Notes under the pieces: model-generated | Told to the model about the DNA's origin: nothing | Database searches by the model: none | Seen by the model: only the letters and a program-made list of their open reading frames with translations | Assembly (NCBI GenBank): GCA_019322435.1 | Contig: JAHWIR010000005.1 | Location: forward strand, 67,443-131,442 | Direction of reading: 5' to 3' | Origin: Candidatus Woesearchaeota archaeon | GTDB lineage: Archaea > Nanobdellota > Nanobdellia > Woesearchaeales > WJKL01 | DNA: 64,000 nucleotides | Shown: positions 36,463 to 45,297 of the stretch, piece after piece | How positions within the stretch are numbered: position 1 is the first letter of the stretch | Layout of the letters: the number at the start of each line of letters is the position of its first letter | Made by a program: the position numbers and the translations under genes

Positions 36463-36931
36463 AAAGGAATTAGAAGAATTGTTAAGGATGATGAGGATGT
36501 ATAGAGATTCTACTGTAAGTCCTGGAATCACTAGCAGTTTTCTTTTTGATAATATAAGGTCTTATACAAATGACAGCAAAAGTATCTCTGACAGTGTAAA
36601 AGGATTGTATGGAACAGATGGGGCAAATCATATTGATGGTTATAATTTCAGCAATAAATCTATAATGAATAGTTATGGAAAAGGAGATGTAATGAGTGTT
36701 TATGGAACAGATGGGGCAAATCATATTGATGGTTATATGAATATTAGCAATAAAGCTCTTTTAAAGGGCCTTTATAATGAAACAGGAGCTAATTATAGAA
36801 GCGATAAATCAGGAAAAAGTTCTAGTAGATTAGGTTCTGGTGGAAAGTCTGGTGGTGGAAAAACCTCTTCTAGTGGGAAGGGTTCTTCAAGCAGTTCTAG
36901 TTCTAGTGGTTCTTCTGGCGGCGGGAAATAA
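36443..36931 (+). CDS. Hypothetical protein with a duplicated GTDGANHIDGY motif and a Gly/Ser-rich tail.
   Basis: 162-aa ORF overlapping the previous gene by 20 bp. The C-terminus is GSGGKSGGGKTSSSGKGSSSSSSSSGSSGGGK. Confidence 0.35.
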   Translation: MYVSGAEKELEELLRMMRMYRDSTVSPGITSSFLFDNIRSYTNDSKSISDSVKGLYGTDGANHIDGYNFSNKSIMNSYGKGDVMSVYGTDGANHIDGYMNISNKALLKGLYNETGANYRSDKSGKSSSRLGSGGKSGGGKTSSSGKGSSSSSSSSGSSGGGK

Positions 36932-36967
36932 TTAAGTTTATTAACTATTTCTTTAATTTAATATAAA

Positions 36968-38143
36968 ATGGCTAAAAAAGATTTTGAAAGAAATATTTGG
37001 AAGTATTATATTTTTGTTTTTTTGAAGAATATGAATTTAATTGTGCCTATCTTTATGTTGTTTTTTCTAGAAAATGGATTAAGTTTAACTCAAGCAATGT
37101 TTCTGATTACAATAGCTTGTGTTATGGGGTTGGTATTAGAGATTCCTAGCGGAGTATTTGCAGATTTATGGGGCAGGAAAGGTTCAATGATATTAGGAGC
37201 ATTATGTTTAATAGGAGGGTATTTCATTAGAGCAGCCAGTACTAGTTTTATAGAATTTGCAGGATCTATGGTTATTTTGGCTACTGGCGCGGCATTTATT
37301 TCTGGAGCAGATAAAGCAATGATATACGATAGTCTAAAAGAGATTAAGAAAGAGCACTTATACAAGAAAATAGCTGGAACTGAGAATTTTTTTGCTTCTG
37401 GAGGAATGGCGATAGGCTCATTAATAGGAGGATCAATAGCAATATTTGGTTTAAGAAAAGCTCATTATGCTATGCTTATTCCAATGGGTTTGTTGCTGCT
37501 AATTTCTTTCACATTTAAGGAGCCTGAGATGTATAAAAAAGTAATTAAGAGAAATTATTTAGGACATTTAAAAGAAGGTGTTATATTTTCTTTTACTCAT
37601 AAGCGAGTAAGGAATTTGATTTTATTTTCAGGCCTTATGATTGGATTAATGATGACAAGCCATATGTTTTACCAGCCCTATATGAAACAGATTGGGGTTC
37701 CTTTGGAAGCATTCGGTGTACTGTATCTGTTATTTTTAGGAGTTGCTGCAGTTTCTGCAAAAGGAGCTTATAAAATAGAAAAAAAGTTAGGAGAGAAGAA
37801 ATCAATAATCATGATTCCATTATTATTAGCATTGCAATTATTTTTAATAGGAAAATTTTCATTTTATAATGCTTTCTTGTTCCTCTTTATAGGAGAATTT
37901 ATTTGGGGTTTTAACAGGCCTATACTTGCAAATTATATTAATGAACATGTTGAATCATATCATAGAGCAACAGTATTATCAGTAAATGCCATGGGTCATA
38001 AGATAGTTTGGGCTATTGCAGCTCCATTAATAGGCTTGTTTGCAGATCTTTGGAGTGTGCAAACTGCATTTTTAATTATGGCTGTAATTGTTGCTGTTAT
38101 TTCTATAGTGATATTAAGCGGATGGAAGCTTAGGAAAAGATGA
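36968..38143 (+). CDS. MFS transporter.
   Basis: 391-aa ORF with about 12 predicted TM helices. The loop 2-3 motif is MFS-like (ADLWGRKG). Confidence 0.7.
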   Translation: MAKKDFERNIWKYYIFVFLKNMNLIVPIFMLFFLENGLSLTQAMFLITIACVMGLVLEIPSGVFADLWGRKGSMILGALCLIGGYFIRAASTSFIEFAGSMVILATGAAFISGADKAMIYDSLKEIKKEHLYKKIAGTENFFASGGMAIGSLIGGSIAIFGLRKAHYAMLIPMGLLLLISFTFKEPEMYKKVIKRNYLGHLKEGVIFSFTHKRVRNLILFSGLMIGLMMTSHMFYQPYMKQIGVPLEAFGVLYLLFLGVAAVSAKGAYKIEKKLGEKKSIIMIPLLLALQLFLIGKFSFYNAFLFLFIGEFIWGFNRPILANYINEHVESYHRATVLSVNAMGHKIVWAIAAPLIGLFADLWSVQTAFLIMAVIVAVISIVILSGWKLRKR

Positions 38144-38161
38144 GATTCTGGCGGGAAATAG

Positions 38162-39136
38162 TTATTCTTTCTTTATACCAGGAAGCCATTTCTCTTTTGT
38201 TATGATTACGTTTTCATGATTCCTGATTATCTCGTGGAATTCTCTTCTTAAATCATCAATAATTTTATTCAGCTCTTGGTAATTATTTACAACTAATTCT
38301 AATTCAGCATCCCATGGTGCAATCATCTTTACATAATAAGTAGTTTGAGGAAGATTTTTTATATATTCTAATAATCTTTTTTCTTCTTCTGGGCTTATAG
38401 ATCTGTAATAAAGAATTATTTTAAAATATTCTAATCCAAGCTTGTTGTGGTCAATACTGGTTCTATAACCTATGATTATTCCTTTGTCTTCTAGATTCTT
38501 TATTTTGTTCCTCACAATCTTAACTGTAGATCCTGCTTCTTTTGCAAGCAGAGTGATTGGGATTCTTGCATTGTTTGCCAGAATATCCAGTATTTTTTGA
38601 TCGGTTTCATCTATTATATTCTTTACAATCTCTCCTGCAAAAGATTTAACTTCATAAATCTCTCCTGTCAGATATTTTTTAACATATTGCTTTGTTTCAA
38701 TCATAACACCAATTTCTTTTCTTATTATTAAGTGCTTGAATCTTGAAAAAATATCATTTTTAATCTTGTCAAACTCTATTGATGATTCTGCACTTACTCC
38801 TATTATATAATCCCATACTCCGCTGCAGATACCATGCCATGGAATTTTTTTATGGCTTCCAATATATGCAAATAGTTTGTCTTTTTCTTCAGGGATGTTT
38901 TCTAACTGCAGAAATATCTTGTAATATGTTATGCCTAGTTTTGCATGGTTGATAGATGTTATGAATTTCTCTAAAACACCCTTTTCCATTAACTGCTTTA
39001 TCCTGTATTTTGTTGCTTCTCTTGAACGTCCTATGCGTTTTGCTAATTGTGTGTTAGATATTCTTGCGTTTTTATCTAGCTCAAAAAGCAATTTTCGGTC
39101 AATTTTATCTAGTTTTACTATGTTATTATTGCCCAT
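38162..39136 (-). CDS. Lrp/AsnC-family transcriptional regulator with two tandem HTH-RAM modules.
   Basis: Two AsnC-type HTH segments (ISNTQLAKRIGRSREATKYRIKQLMEKGVL and IPITLLAKEAGSTVKIVRNKIKNLEDKGII), each followed by a RAM-like domain. The ORF-track start is a TTG; an ATG at 39136 is used here. Confidence 0.65.
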   Translation of the reverse strand: MGNNNIVKLDKIDRKLLFELDKNARISNTQLAKRIGRSREATKYRIKQLMEKGVLEKFITSINHAKLGITYYKIFLQLENIPEEKDKLFAYIGSHKKIPWHGICSGVWDYIIGVSAESSIEFDKIKNDIFSRFKHLIIRKEIGVMIETKQYVKKYLTGEIYEVKSFAGEIVKNIIDETDQKILDILANNARIPITLLAKEAGSTVKIVRNKIKNLEDKGIIIGYRTSIDHNKLGLEYFKIILYYRSISPEEEKRLLEYIKNLPQTTYYVKMIAPWDAELELVVNNYQELNKIIDDLRREFHEIIRNHENVIITKEKWLPGIKKE

Positions 39137-39305
39137 ATTAACCAATAATATCTTTTTCTTTATAAATATTGCTATTTTCGGTCAAAATATGATAGGAAGT
39201 TTGTTATATAGGTAATAACTACTAAATAGTAATAAATGAGGTGATACAAATGTTCAATCTTGCTGAATTCATAAGACAATGCGAAGTAAAATCTGTGGTG
39301 AGAAA

Positions 39306-40814
39306 ATGACAAAGAAGATTATGTTATTAAAACCGCCAATGTATACAGATGCTGTATTTGATCCAATCAGAACAACACAGCCGATTGGATTATGGTATAT
39401 TGGAAGCTATCTAAAAGAAAAAGGATACGATGTCAATATACTAGATACAGTTATGGAGGGCTTTGATAACAAAGTAATGCTAGACTCAGATGTTTGTTTT
39501 GAAGAGTTTGAAAAACAAAAATCAAAAGACTTGGAAGAACTTACTGCAGAAGAATTTGTAGACAAATATTCTCCATATGATTCAAAAGACAATATTAACA
39601 GATTTATTGTCAGGACTGGATTGTCTGATGAGGAAATCTTAGAAAGGATTAGAGAAGAGAAGCCAGACTATATTGGAATGTCTGTTTTTGCATCTTGCAA
39701 TCATGATCCTGCTGTAGATATAGCTAAGATCATTAAAAAGGAATTTCCAGATGTAAAGATAATTGCTGGAGGAGCTCATGCTACTGATATGGCTGAAACT
39801 CTGCTAAGAGATTCTGAAGGAGCAATTGATTTCTGCGGATTAGGAGATGGCCAGTATGTTTTAGAAGATATTCTTGAAGGAAGAATGCCAGAAATAGGAA
39901 TTGCTTATTTAGAGAACAATGAATTAATCTATAAAGGAGAATTCAGAAGGATGAAGATGGACGAGTTCTCATTGCTTGATCCAGATTTAGTCAAAGATAT
40001 AGAGTTACCTATGCCTGCTTCGCACACTCAAGATACTGAAGGAAGAAAATATGTTGATGTCATGTTTTCAAGAGGATGCAGAAAAAAATGTGAGTATTGC
40101 GTAGCTGGAAGCAAAGATTATGGCTATGACAAATTAAATCTGGAAACAATTGATGAGCAGCTTAAGAAACTGAAAAAAGCTGGTTATGAAGAGCTTGTTT
40201 TGCAGGATGATGATTTGCTTAGAGATAAAAATCATTTTTTCAGTGTGCTGGAATTGATGAAAAAATATGATTTCAAATGGCAGGATAATGGAGGAATAGC
40301 TATTGAAGACCTTGATACAGAAGTAGTTGACAAGATCATTGAAAATGGAAACTGCAATTCATTGTATATTCCTTTTAATCCAAGACATTTTAGAGTGAAG
40401 AGAGCTGCAAATACTGCTACTGAAAAATATTCAGGAAATGTTGAGCAGTTGAAGAGACTTAGAGATGCAGAAATCTATGTTTTTACTAGTGGCATCTATG
40501 GAACAGATGTGCAGACTAAAGAAGATATTGATGCTGAGATTGATATGTACAAACATTTGATAACAGAAGGTTATGTAGACCAAGCACTAGTGTTTGCAGT
40601 AGCCCACTTGCCTGCAACCAAGAACTATGAATTGTTTAGTGATGACATTATAAAGAAAGATGACTGGATAGGCTATTCTATATTTGTGCCTCAAGCGAAA
40701 ACAGAGACAATGAGTATAGAAGAAGTTGAAGTAGCTGTTGTAAAAGCTAATAAAGAATTCAACAAACTTCAGAAACAAGCAGGAGTATGGGGTTCAGCTT
40801 TCCCTAAAAAATAA
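39306..40814 (+). CDS. B12-binding-domain radical SAM protein.
   Basis: N-terminal cobalamin-binding-like region, then a CRKKCEYC (Cx3Cx2C) radical SAM cluster motif. An alternative upstream ATG exists at 39279; 39306 is preceded by GGTGAG. Confidence 0.7.
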   Translation: MTKKIMLLKPPMYTDAVFDPIRTTQPIGLWYIGSYLKEKGYDVNILDTVMEGFDNKVMLDSDVCFEEFEKQKSKDLEELTAEEFVDKYSPYDSKDNINRFIVRTGLSDEEILERIREEKPDYIGMSVFASCNHDPAVDIAKIIKKEFPDVKIIAGGAHATDMAETLLRDSEGAIDFCGLGDGQYVLEDILEGRMPEIGIAYLENNELIYKGEFRRMKMDEFSLLDPDLVKDIELPMPASHTQDTEGRKYVDVMFSRGCRKKCEYCVAGSKDYGYDKLNLETIDEQLKKLKKAGYEELVLQDDDLLRDKNHFFSVLELMKKYDFKWQDNGGIAIEDLDTEVVDKIIENGNCNSLYIPFNPRHFRVKRAANTATEKYSGNVEQLKRLRDAEIYVFTSGIYGTDVQTKEDIDAEIDMYKHLITEGYVDQALVFAVAHLPATKNYELFSDDIIKKDDWIGYSIFVPQAKTETMSIEEVEVAVVKANKEFNKLQKQAGVWGSAFPKK

Positions 40815-40831
40815 TTTTTTTCTTTTTTTTT
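40815..40831 (+). terminator. Oligo-T tract terminator after the radical SAM gene.
   Basis: T7-C-T9 follows the stop codon directly. A near-identical AAAAAATAATTTTTTTCTTTTTTTTAAATTC string recurs at 42310-42338. Confidence 0.4.
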
Positions 40832-41540
40832 AAATTCTTTCCCACAATGCATTAAAGAAATCTCTTTGTTTTTCTACAATGTGTTTTGAGTAGATTAAGA
40901 CGCCTCTTGGAGAATCTCCCCAAGAAATTATTGCCATCTTGCTGTTGCAGATGCCTGTATTTGCTGGAACAGGCATGTCTGTGTATTTCATCCTTAGATA
41001 TTTTCTTTTCTTGAACAAAGGTTTTAATGAGATTGGAGCAATTCCTTTTGTGATTAATCCTTTGTCTTTTCTCTTTGCATCGTATCTTTTGTAGAATTTC
41101 TGTATCTCCTTGCTTTTTTCCAGTTCAGGAGCAAAGAACAGGAACTGATCTGCTTTTTTAGCGTCTTCTATCAATGTGTTTAACAATGTCATAACTCCTT
41201 TTAATCCCTGGAACAGCTCAACTTCCTGCTTTTCTTTTGCCAGTTTCTGCTTTTCTTTTAGTTTTGGAAGCAGTTTTGCAACCTGTTTTTCCTTGTCCTT
41301 AAGATAAACCATGAAGTTGTTTGGATCTGCTGCCTGATATATCTTGAATTTGCCTTTTTTTGTGTATGAAACAAGGCCTTTTTCTATCAATCTGTTGATA
41401 TTAAAGTGAAAAACAGAGTTTTGGATGTCTGCTTTGTCTATTATGTTGCCTGCAGTGGATGGACCTAATTCTAGTAAAGCTAAATACACTTTAATTTCTC
41501 CTTGTGTCAGGCCAATATCCTCTAATATCTTTGTATCCAT
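40830..41540 (-). CDS. TrmB-family transcriptional regulator.
   Basis: N-terminal TrmB wHTH (LGLTQGEIKVYLALLELGPSTAGNI). ATG at 41540 is preferred over the ORF-track TTG because a BRE/TATA box (AAAGGTTTATAAACA on the minus strand, 41563-41578) lies about 25 bp upstream. Confidence 0.65.
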   Translation of the reverse strand: MDTKILEDIGLTQGEIKVYLALLELGPSTAGNIIDKADIQNSVFHFNINRLIEKGLVSYTKKGKFKIYQAADPNNFMVYLKDKEKQVAKLLPKLKEKQKLAKEKQEVELFQGLKGVMTLLNTLIEDAKKADQFLFFAPELEKSKEIQKFYKRYDAKRKDKGLITKGIAPISLKPLFKKRKYLRMKYTDMPVPANTGICNSKMAIISWGDSPRGVLIYSKHIVEKQRDFFNALWERI

Positions 41541-41657
41541 GGATATACTATACTTAAATTGTTTATAAACCTTTCTATTATCCTCCAATATTGTAGGATA
41601 AATATTGATATATGCCAAGTGTGATTACTATATTATAACAAAATGGAGGAAAATAAA

Positions 41658-42317
41658 ATGAAAAAACTCGAAATATTAATTGTGGAAGACAATCCAAAAC
41701 ATTTGGAAGATGTAAAGACATACATCAATGAAAAGTTAGAAGCTGGAGCTGAAATTAAAGTTGATTATGCAAGCAACTTAAAGGAAGCTGAAGATTGCAC
41801 TGCAGAGAAGAAGTATGATGGAATAATCTGTGATATATTCTTTCCAGCAGGAAATGAGAATGAAAAAGAAGTAAAGGATGATGCTTATGAGGTTCTAAAA
41901 GCAATGTATCCAGATTCTATAGGGAAAAAAAGATATCTTGGAGATCTTGCAACAGATGATGATTTTGGGCCTTTAGGAGTAATTATGGCAGAAAAAGTAA
42001 AGGATGATGTTCCTTTTGTATTCTGTACAAGTACCTATCATCATGGAGATAAAACCCACTTCGTAGTAGACTATGCTGAAAAACAAAAGATACCCTTAAT
42101 AGAAATATCGCAGAAAGTCATTAGACTTATTTCAAGTGGTGACCTTGATAAAAACGTAGAACATACAGAAAAACAATGGGACGAGGCTTATTATGAATTG
42201 ATAAAGAAAGTTGTTTGTGATAAGTTTGGAGTAAAAGATAGATATGACCTTAATGAAGAACAAGAAGCTGAATTCAAACAGTTAAGGGAAAAGTATTATC
42301 CTCCAAAGAAAAAATAA
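41658..42317 (+). CDS. Orphan CheY-like receiver-domain protein, divergent.
   Basis: ILIVEDN acidic pocket, the phospho-acceptor-like D in DGIICDIFFP, and the T/S position in FVFCTST. GGAGGA lies 7 nt upstream of the ATG at 41658. No kinase in the window. Confidence 0.45.
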   Translation: MKKLEILIVEDNPKHLEDVKTYINEKLEAGAEIKVDYASNLKEAEDCTAEKKYDGIICDIFFPAGNENEKEVKDDAYEVLKAMYPDSIGKKRYLGDLATDDDFGPLGVIMAEKVKDDVPFVFCTSTYHHGDKTHFVVDYAEKQKIPLIEISQKVIRLISSGDLDKNVEHTEKQWDEAYYELIKKVVCDKFGVKDRYDLNEEQEAEFKQLREKYYPPKKK

Positions 42318-42334
42318 TTTTTTTCTTTTTTTTA
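42318..42334 (+). terminator. Oligo-T tract terminator after the receiver-domain gene.
   Basis: T7-C-T8 follows the stop codon directly. Confidence 0.4.
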
Positions 42335-42358
42335 AATTCAAAACAAAGGTGATGAAAA

Positions 42359-42853
42359 ATGAAAGAACAATCAAAAATTATCTTAACAAAAGATTTTAAA
42401 GGTTATATGGATACGATAGAAGCGCTTAAAGTAGGTATTCCTATAGTGATTTGGGCAAAAGAGGATCCTTGTGAGCCTAATGATGTATACTTAAATGATG
42501 AAAGTTTTAGAGAAATCATAAAGAAGAGTGACAGCCAAGTATTATGGATAAATGCTTGTGATAAATGTATGGGAGATATGGATGGAAGGTGGAGAGAATT
42601 TGCTGAATACAATGGAATCTATGTACCTAATTTTAAATTTCCAAATAGTGGTTCAGCTGGAAAATTATCCTTATATGATAATTTGGGTGTGAGAAGAGAT
42701 ACTACAATAGCTTCATTAGACCTATTTGAAAAGATAAAAAAGATATCTTGTTTTAGGGATATAACAGATATCTTAGATAAGCAGAACAAGATAGAAGCAA
42801 TGGTTGAAAATTACAATGAAGCAAAAGATCTGTTCAACATAGTAAATAAATAA
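42359..42853 (+). CDS. Hypothetical protein.
   Basis: 164-aa ORF with ribosome-binding site AAGGTGA. Confidence 0.4.
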   Translation: MKEQSKIILTKDFKGYMDTIEALKVGIPIVIWAKEDPCEPNDVYLNDESFREIIKKSDSQVLWINACDKCMGDMDGRWREFAEYNGIYVPNFKFPNSGSAGKLSLYDNLGVRRDTTIASLDLFEKIKKISCFRDITDILDKQNKIEAMVENYNEAKDLFNIVNK

Positions 42854-42915
42854 TTTTTTCTCTTTTTCTTTCTAAACAATAAAACATTTAAAATCCATTT
42901 TCTTTGTCCTTGTAT

Positions 42916-43581
42916 ATGAACATCGATGCTTTGAAAGGGGTATTTGGCTCAACTACAAAGGCTTGCGAGATAATGTATCTGATGTATGGGAAGAAGCCTG
43001 TTGTTAGGCAGGGATTTTATGATAATGAGGTAGGCAGGGTAAAAGAGTTCTGCAGAAGGCATAATCTTGCTTATGAGACTGCTCCGTATAAAGTTATCTT
43101 GGCTGATACTCACAAGAGATATTCTAATAAAGGGCTGAAAGCAAGGATTGATGATCCTAGGAGAGGGATGTTTTTTATCTATATGTCAAAAGATGAGACA
43201 AAGGCAGCTGAGGCAAGGATTCATGAGATGAAGGATAATCATAGAGAGCTTGGATTTGACTTGGGATATCCTGAATGCTGTGTTGAATTCTTTGCTGAGA
43301 AGTGGGAAGAAAGAAGCAGGCTGGATAATGATTATATATTCCCTGCATTGCATAATTCAGATGGATTTAGGTTTTCATTTCATACAAATATTTTAAAAAG
43401 AAGCAAGGATGTTACTTTATTGAATCATTTTCCTCATTCTTTTCAGTGCGAAGAATCAATTGAGCTAGCTAAAAGACATCTGAAGATGCTGATGGAGTTA
43501 GAGCCTGGCCTGGCAATGAGGATTGTAAGGGAATTGAAGTGCAAGGTAAGGGTTGGAAGCAAGATTGTTGAGTTTTCTTAA
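42916..43581 (+). CDS. Hypothetical protein with a GYPECC motif.
   Basis: The ORF-track start is a TTG; an ATG at 42916 is preceded by a TATA-like box about 25 bp upstream. Confidence 0.4.
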   Translation: MNIDALKGVFGSTTKACEIMYLMYGKKPVVRQGFYDNEVGRVKEFCRRHNLAYETAPYKVILADTHKRYSNKGLKARIDDPRRGMFFIYMSKDETKAAEARIHEMKDNHRELGFDLGYPECCVEFFAEKWEERSRLDNDYIFPALHNSDGFRFSFHTNILKRSKDVTLLNHFPHSFQCEESIELAKRHLKMLMELEPGLAMRIVRELKCKVRVGSKIVEFS

Positions 43582-43653
43582 AAAAGCATCAGGTTTATAA
43601 AGTACTTTTCCTATAAATATTATAGTTGAGGGGGTTCTATATAAGTGGTAAAT

Positions 43654-44037
43654 ATGATTATGAAGAAAAATTTTCAAGATGCTGGAGGAATTAGTGATTT
43701 AGATCTTCAACATAAAACAAGGGAATTATATACTCTTCGGCATAGAATTATAAGATATAAAAGAAGATTATTAAAAGAGGGTTTTAGACAAGCAAGAGAA
43801 AAAGATGTATCTTTTGTTTTGCCAGAATATGCCTGGCCTCCTCTTGAGCAAGATCCTTCTAAAAGATATTTACATAAAGACCTTGAAGATGATGTTGATA
43901 TTACACCCATCCTAAATTTAGCAAAAGAAATCCTTCCTTCATTGTATAACAGATATAATTCTTTAATGGAAAAATATGAAATAGGATGTGATAATTTAGA
44001 AAGTATGTTAAACACATTAAGAAATCATTCTTCCTAA
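43654..44037 (+). CDS. Hypothetical protein.
   Basis: The ORF-track start is a GTG at 43645; the first ATG is at 43654. Confidence 0.35.
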   Translation: MIMKKNFQDAGGISDLDLQHKTRELYTLRHRIIRYKRRLLKEGFRQAREKDVSFVLPEYAWPPLEQDPSKRYLHKDLEDDVDITPILNLAKEILPSLYNRYNSLMEKYEIGCDNLESMLNTLRNHSS

Positions 44038-44703
44038 TGCCATTGACTTTATTATATTTCTTGCGGTTTCACGCTCGATTTGTGGATGTTCTGGTATTTC
44101 TGTTATTTTTCTTCCAGAAGCAGCTCTCACAATTGTATGATCGTTTTTTTCTAGTATATACCCGCATGCTCTTGCTAATGCTTTTAATTCTGTAGGTCTT
44201 GTTACAATTTTTCTTTGATTTAAGAATTTTTGAGCTTCATTTATTGTGGCTACAGTTGGCTCTTCTCCTTTTTCTACAGGCTCTTTCAAAGAAGACAAAG
44301 CTGTTTCAATTAAGTCTATATTAGTTAAAAGATTAGAATAATCTTCTGTAAAAGTGTCAACCCATGATTTTATAAATTTAGGGTCTTCCTTGCTAAGAGT
44401 CTTTAACTCAGCTTCGCTTTCAACTATTTCTTTTTTTATTCTTTCAAGGCCTTCCTCAATAGCTTCGACATTTGCTGTAATTTGTGGAAGTATACTTTTA
44501 TTGGCTGGTTCTTGTTCATAATGATGGATTTTTGTATAAAATATGTTTTTGAATCTGCCTAGCTTTCTTTCAACTGCTCTATTATATTTTTTAACTGATT
44601 CTACACTTCCTTGTTTTAATTTAACTTCTATATACCTTACAAGTTTGTCTGCTTTTTTTAGAATTCTTTTAAGCCTATGCAATGGGCTGAATAGTTCTAT
44701 CAT
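44017..44703 (-). CDS. Hypothetical protein.
   Basis: 228-aa ORF, convergent with and overlapping the previous gene by 21 bp. Confidence 0.4.
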   Translation of the reverse strand: MIELFSPLHRLKRILKKADKLVRYIEVKLKQGSVESVKKYNRAVERKLGRFKNIFYTKIHHYEQEPANKSILPQITANVEAIEEGLERIKKEIVESEAELKTLSKEDPKFIKSWVDTFTEDYSNLLTNIDLIETALSSLKEPVEKGEEPTVATINEAQKFLNQRKIVTRPTELKALARACGYILEKNDHTIVRAASGRKITEIPEHPQIERETARNIIKSMALGRMIS

Positions 44704-44727
44704 TTTAGTATATAATAATGTCTGATT

Positions 44728-45297
44728 TTATATATTTTTCCTATAACTTATAATAGGAATTCCTTCAAACCTATATGTCTTTCCTTTTTTCAAAAATCTT
44801 GGGAGAAAGATATTGTTATAGACAAATAAAACTGTTTCTGGTTGCATTTCTTTCAGTAATTTATCTTCTAATCCATATTCAAAGCCTTTGTCTGGGTTGA
44901 TGAAGATTGCATTGTATTTGGATATATCCTGTTTCAGAAAATCTCCTTTGATGAATTTTGCTTTTAAGCCAAGTGCATCTCTTATTCTTTCTCCTATTTT
45001 GATTAGTTTTTCATCAAATTCAATTCCTGCTGCTTTTGTGAACAAAGAAGCGATCAAGACAACTTTTCCATCTCCTGAGCCTAAGTCAATGAAGTTTTTA
45101 AAATTCTGTAATTTAATTTTCACAAAGAATTCATAGACATCTTGTGTTCCAGCTGGTCCCCAGATTCCTTTTTGAGTGTCTTGGATAGTAGGGGATCCTT
45201 TTGCATAAAAAGAAACATAGAATGCATCATATTTTTGTTTTATTTGGTGGAATGTGTCTAATCTGATTTTAATCATTCCATAGGAACCTGGCTCCAT
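44728..45297 (-). CDS. Small class I SAM-dependent methyltransferase.
   Basis: Motif I DLGSGDG followed by acidic loop-type motifs. 189 aa. Confidence 0.55.
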   Translation of the reverse strand: MEPGSYGMIKIRLDTFHQIKQKYDAFYVSFYAKGSPTIQDTQKGIWGPAGTQDVYEFFVKIKLQNFKNFIDLGSGDGKVVLIASLFTKAAGIEFDEKLIKIGERIRDALGLKAKFIKGDFLKQDISKYNAIFINPDKGFEYGLEDKLLKEMQPETVLFVYNNIFLPRFLKKGKTYRFEGIPIISYRKNI

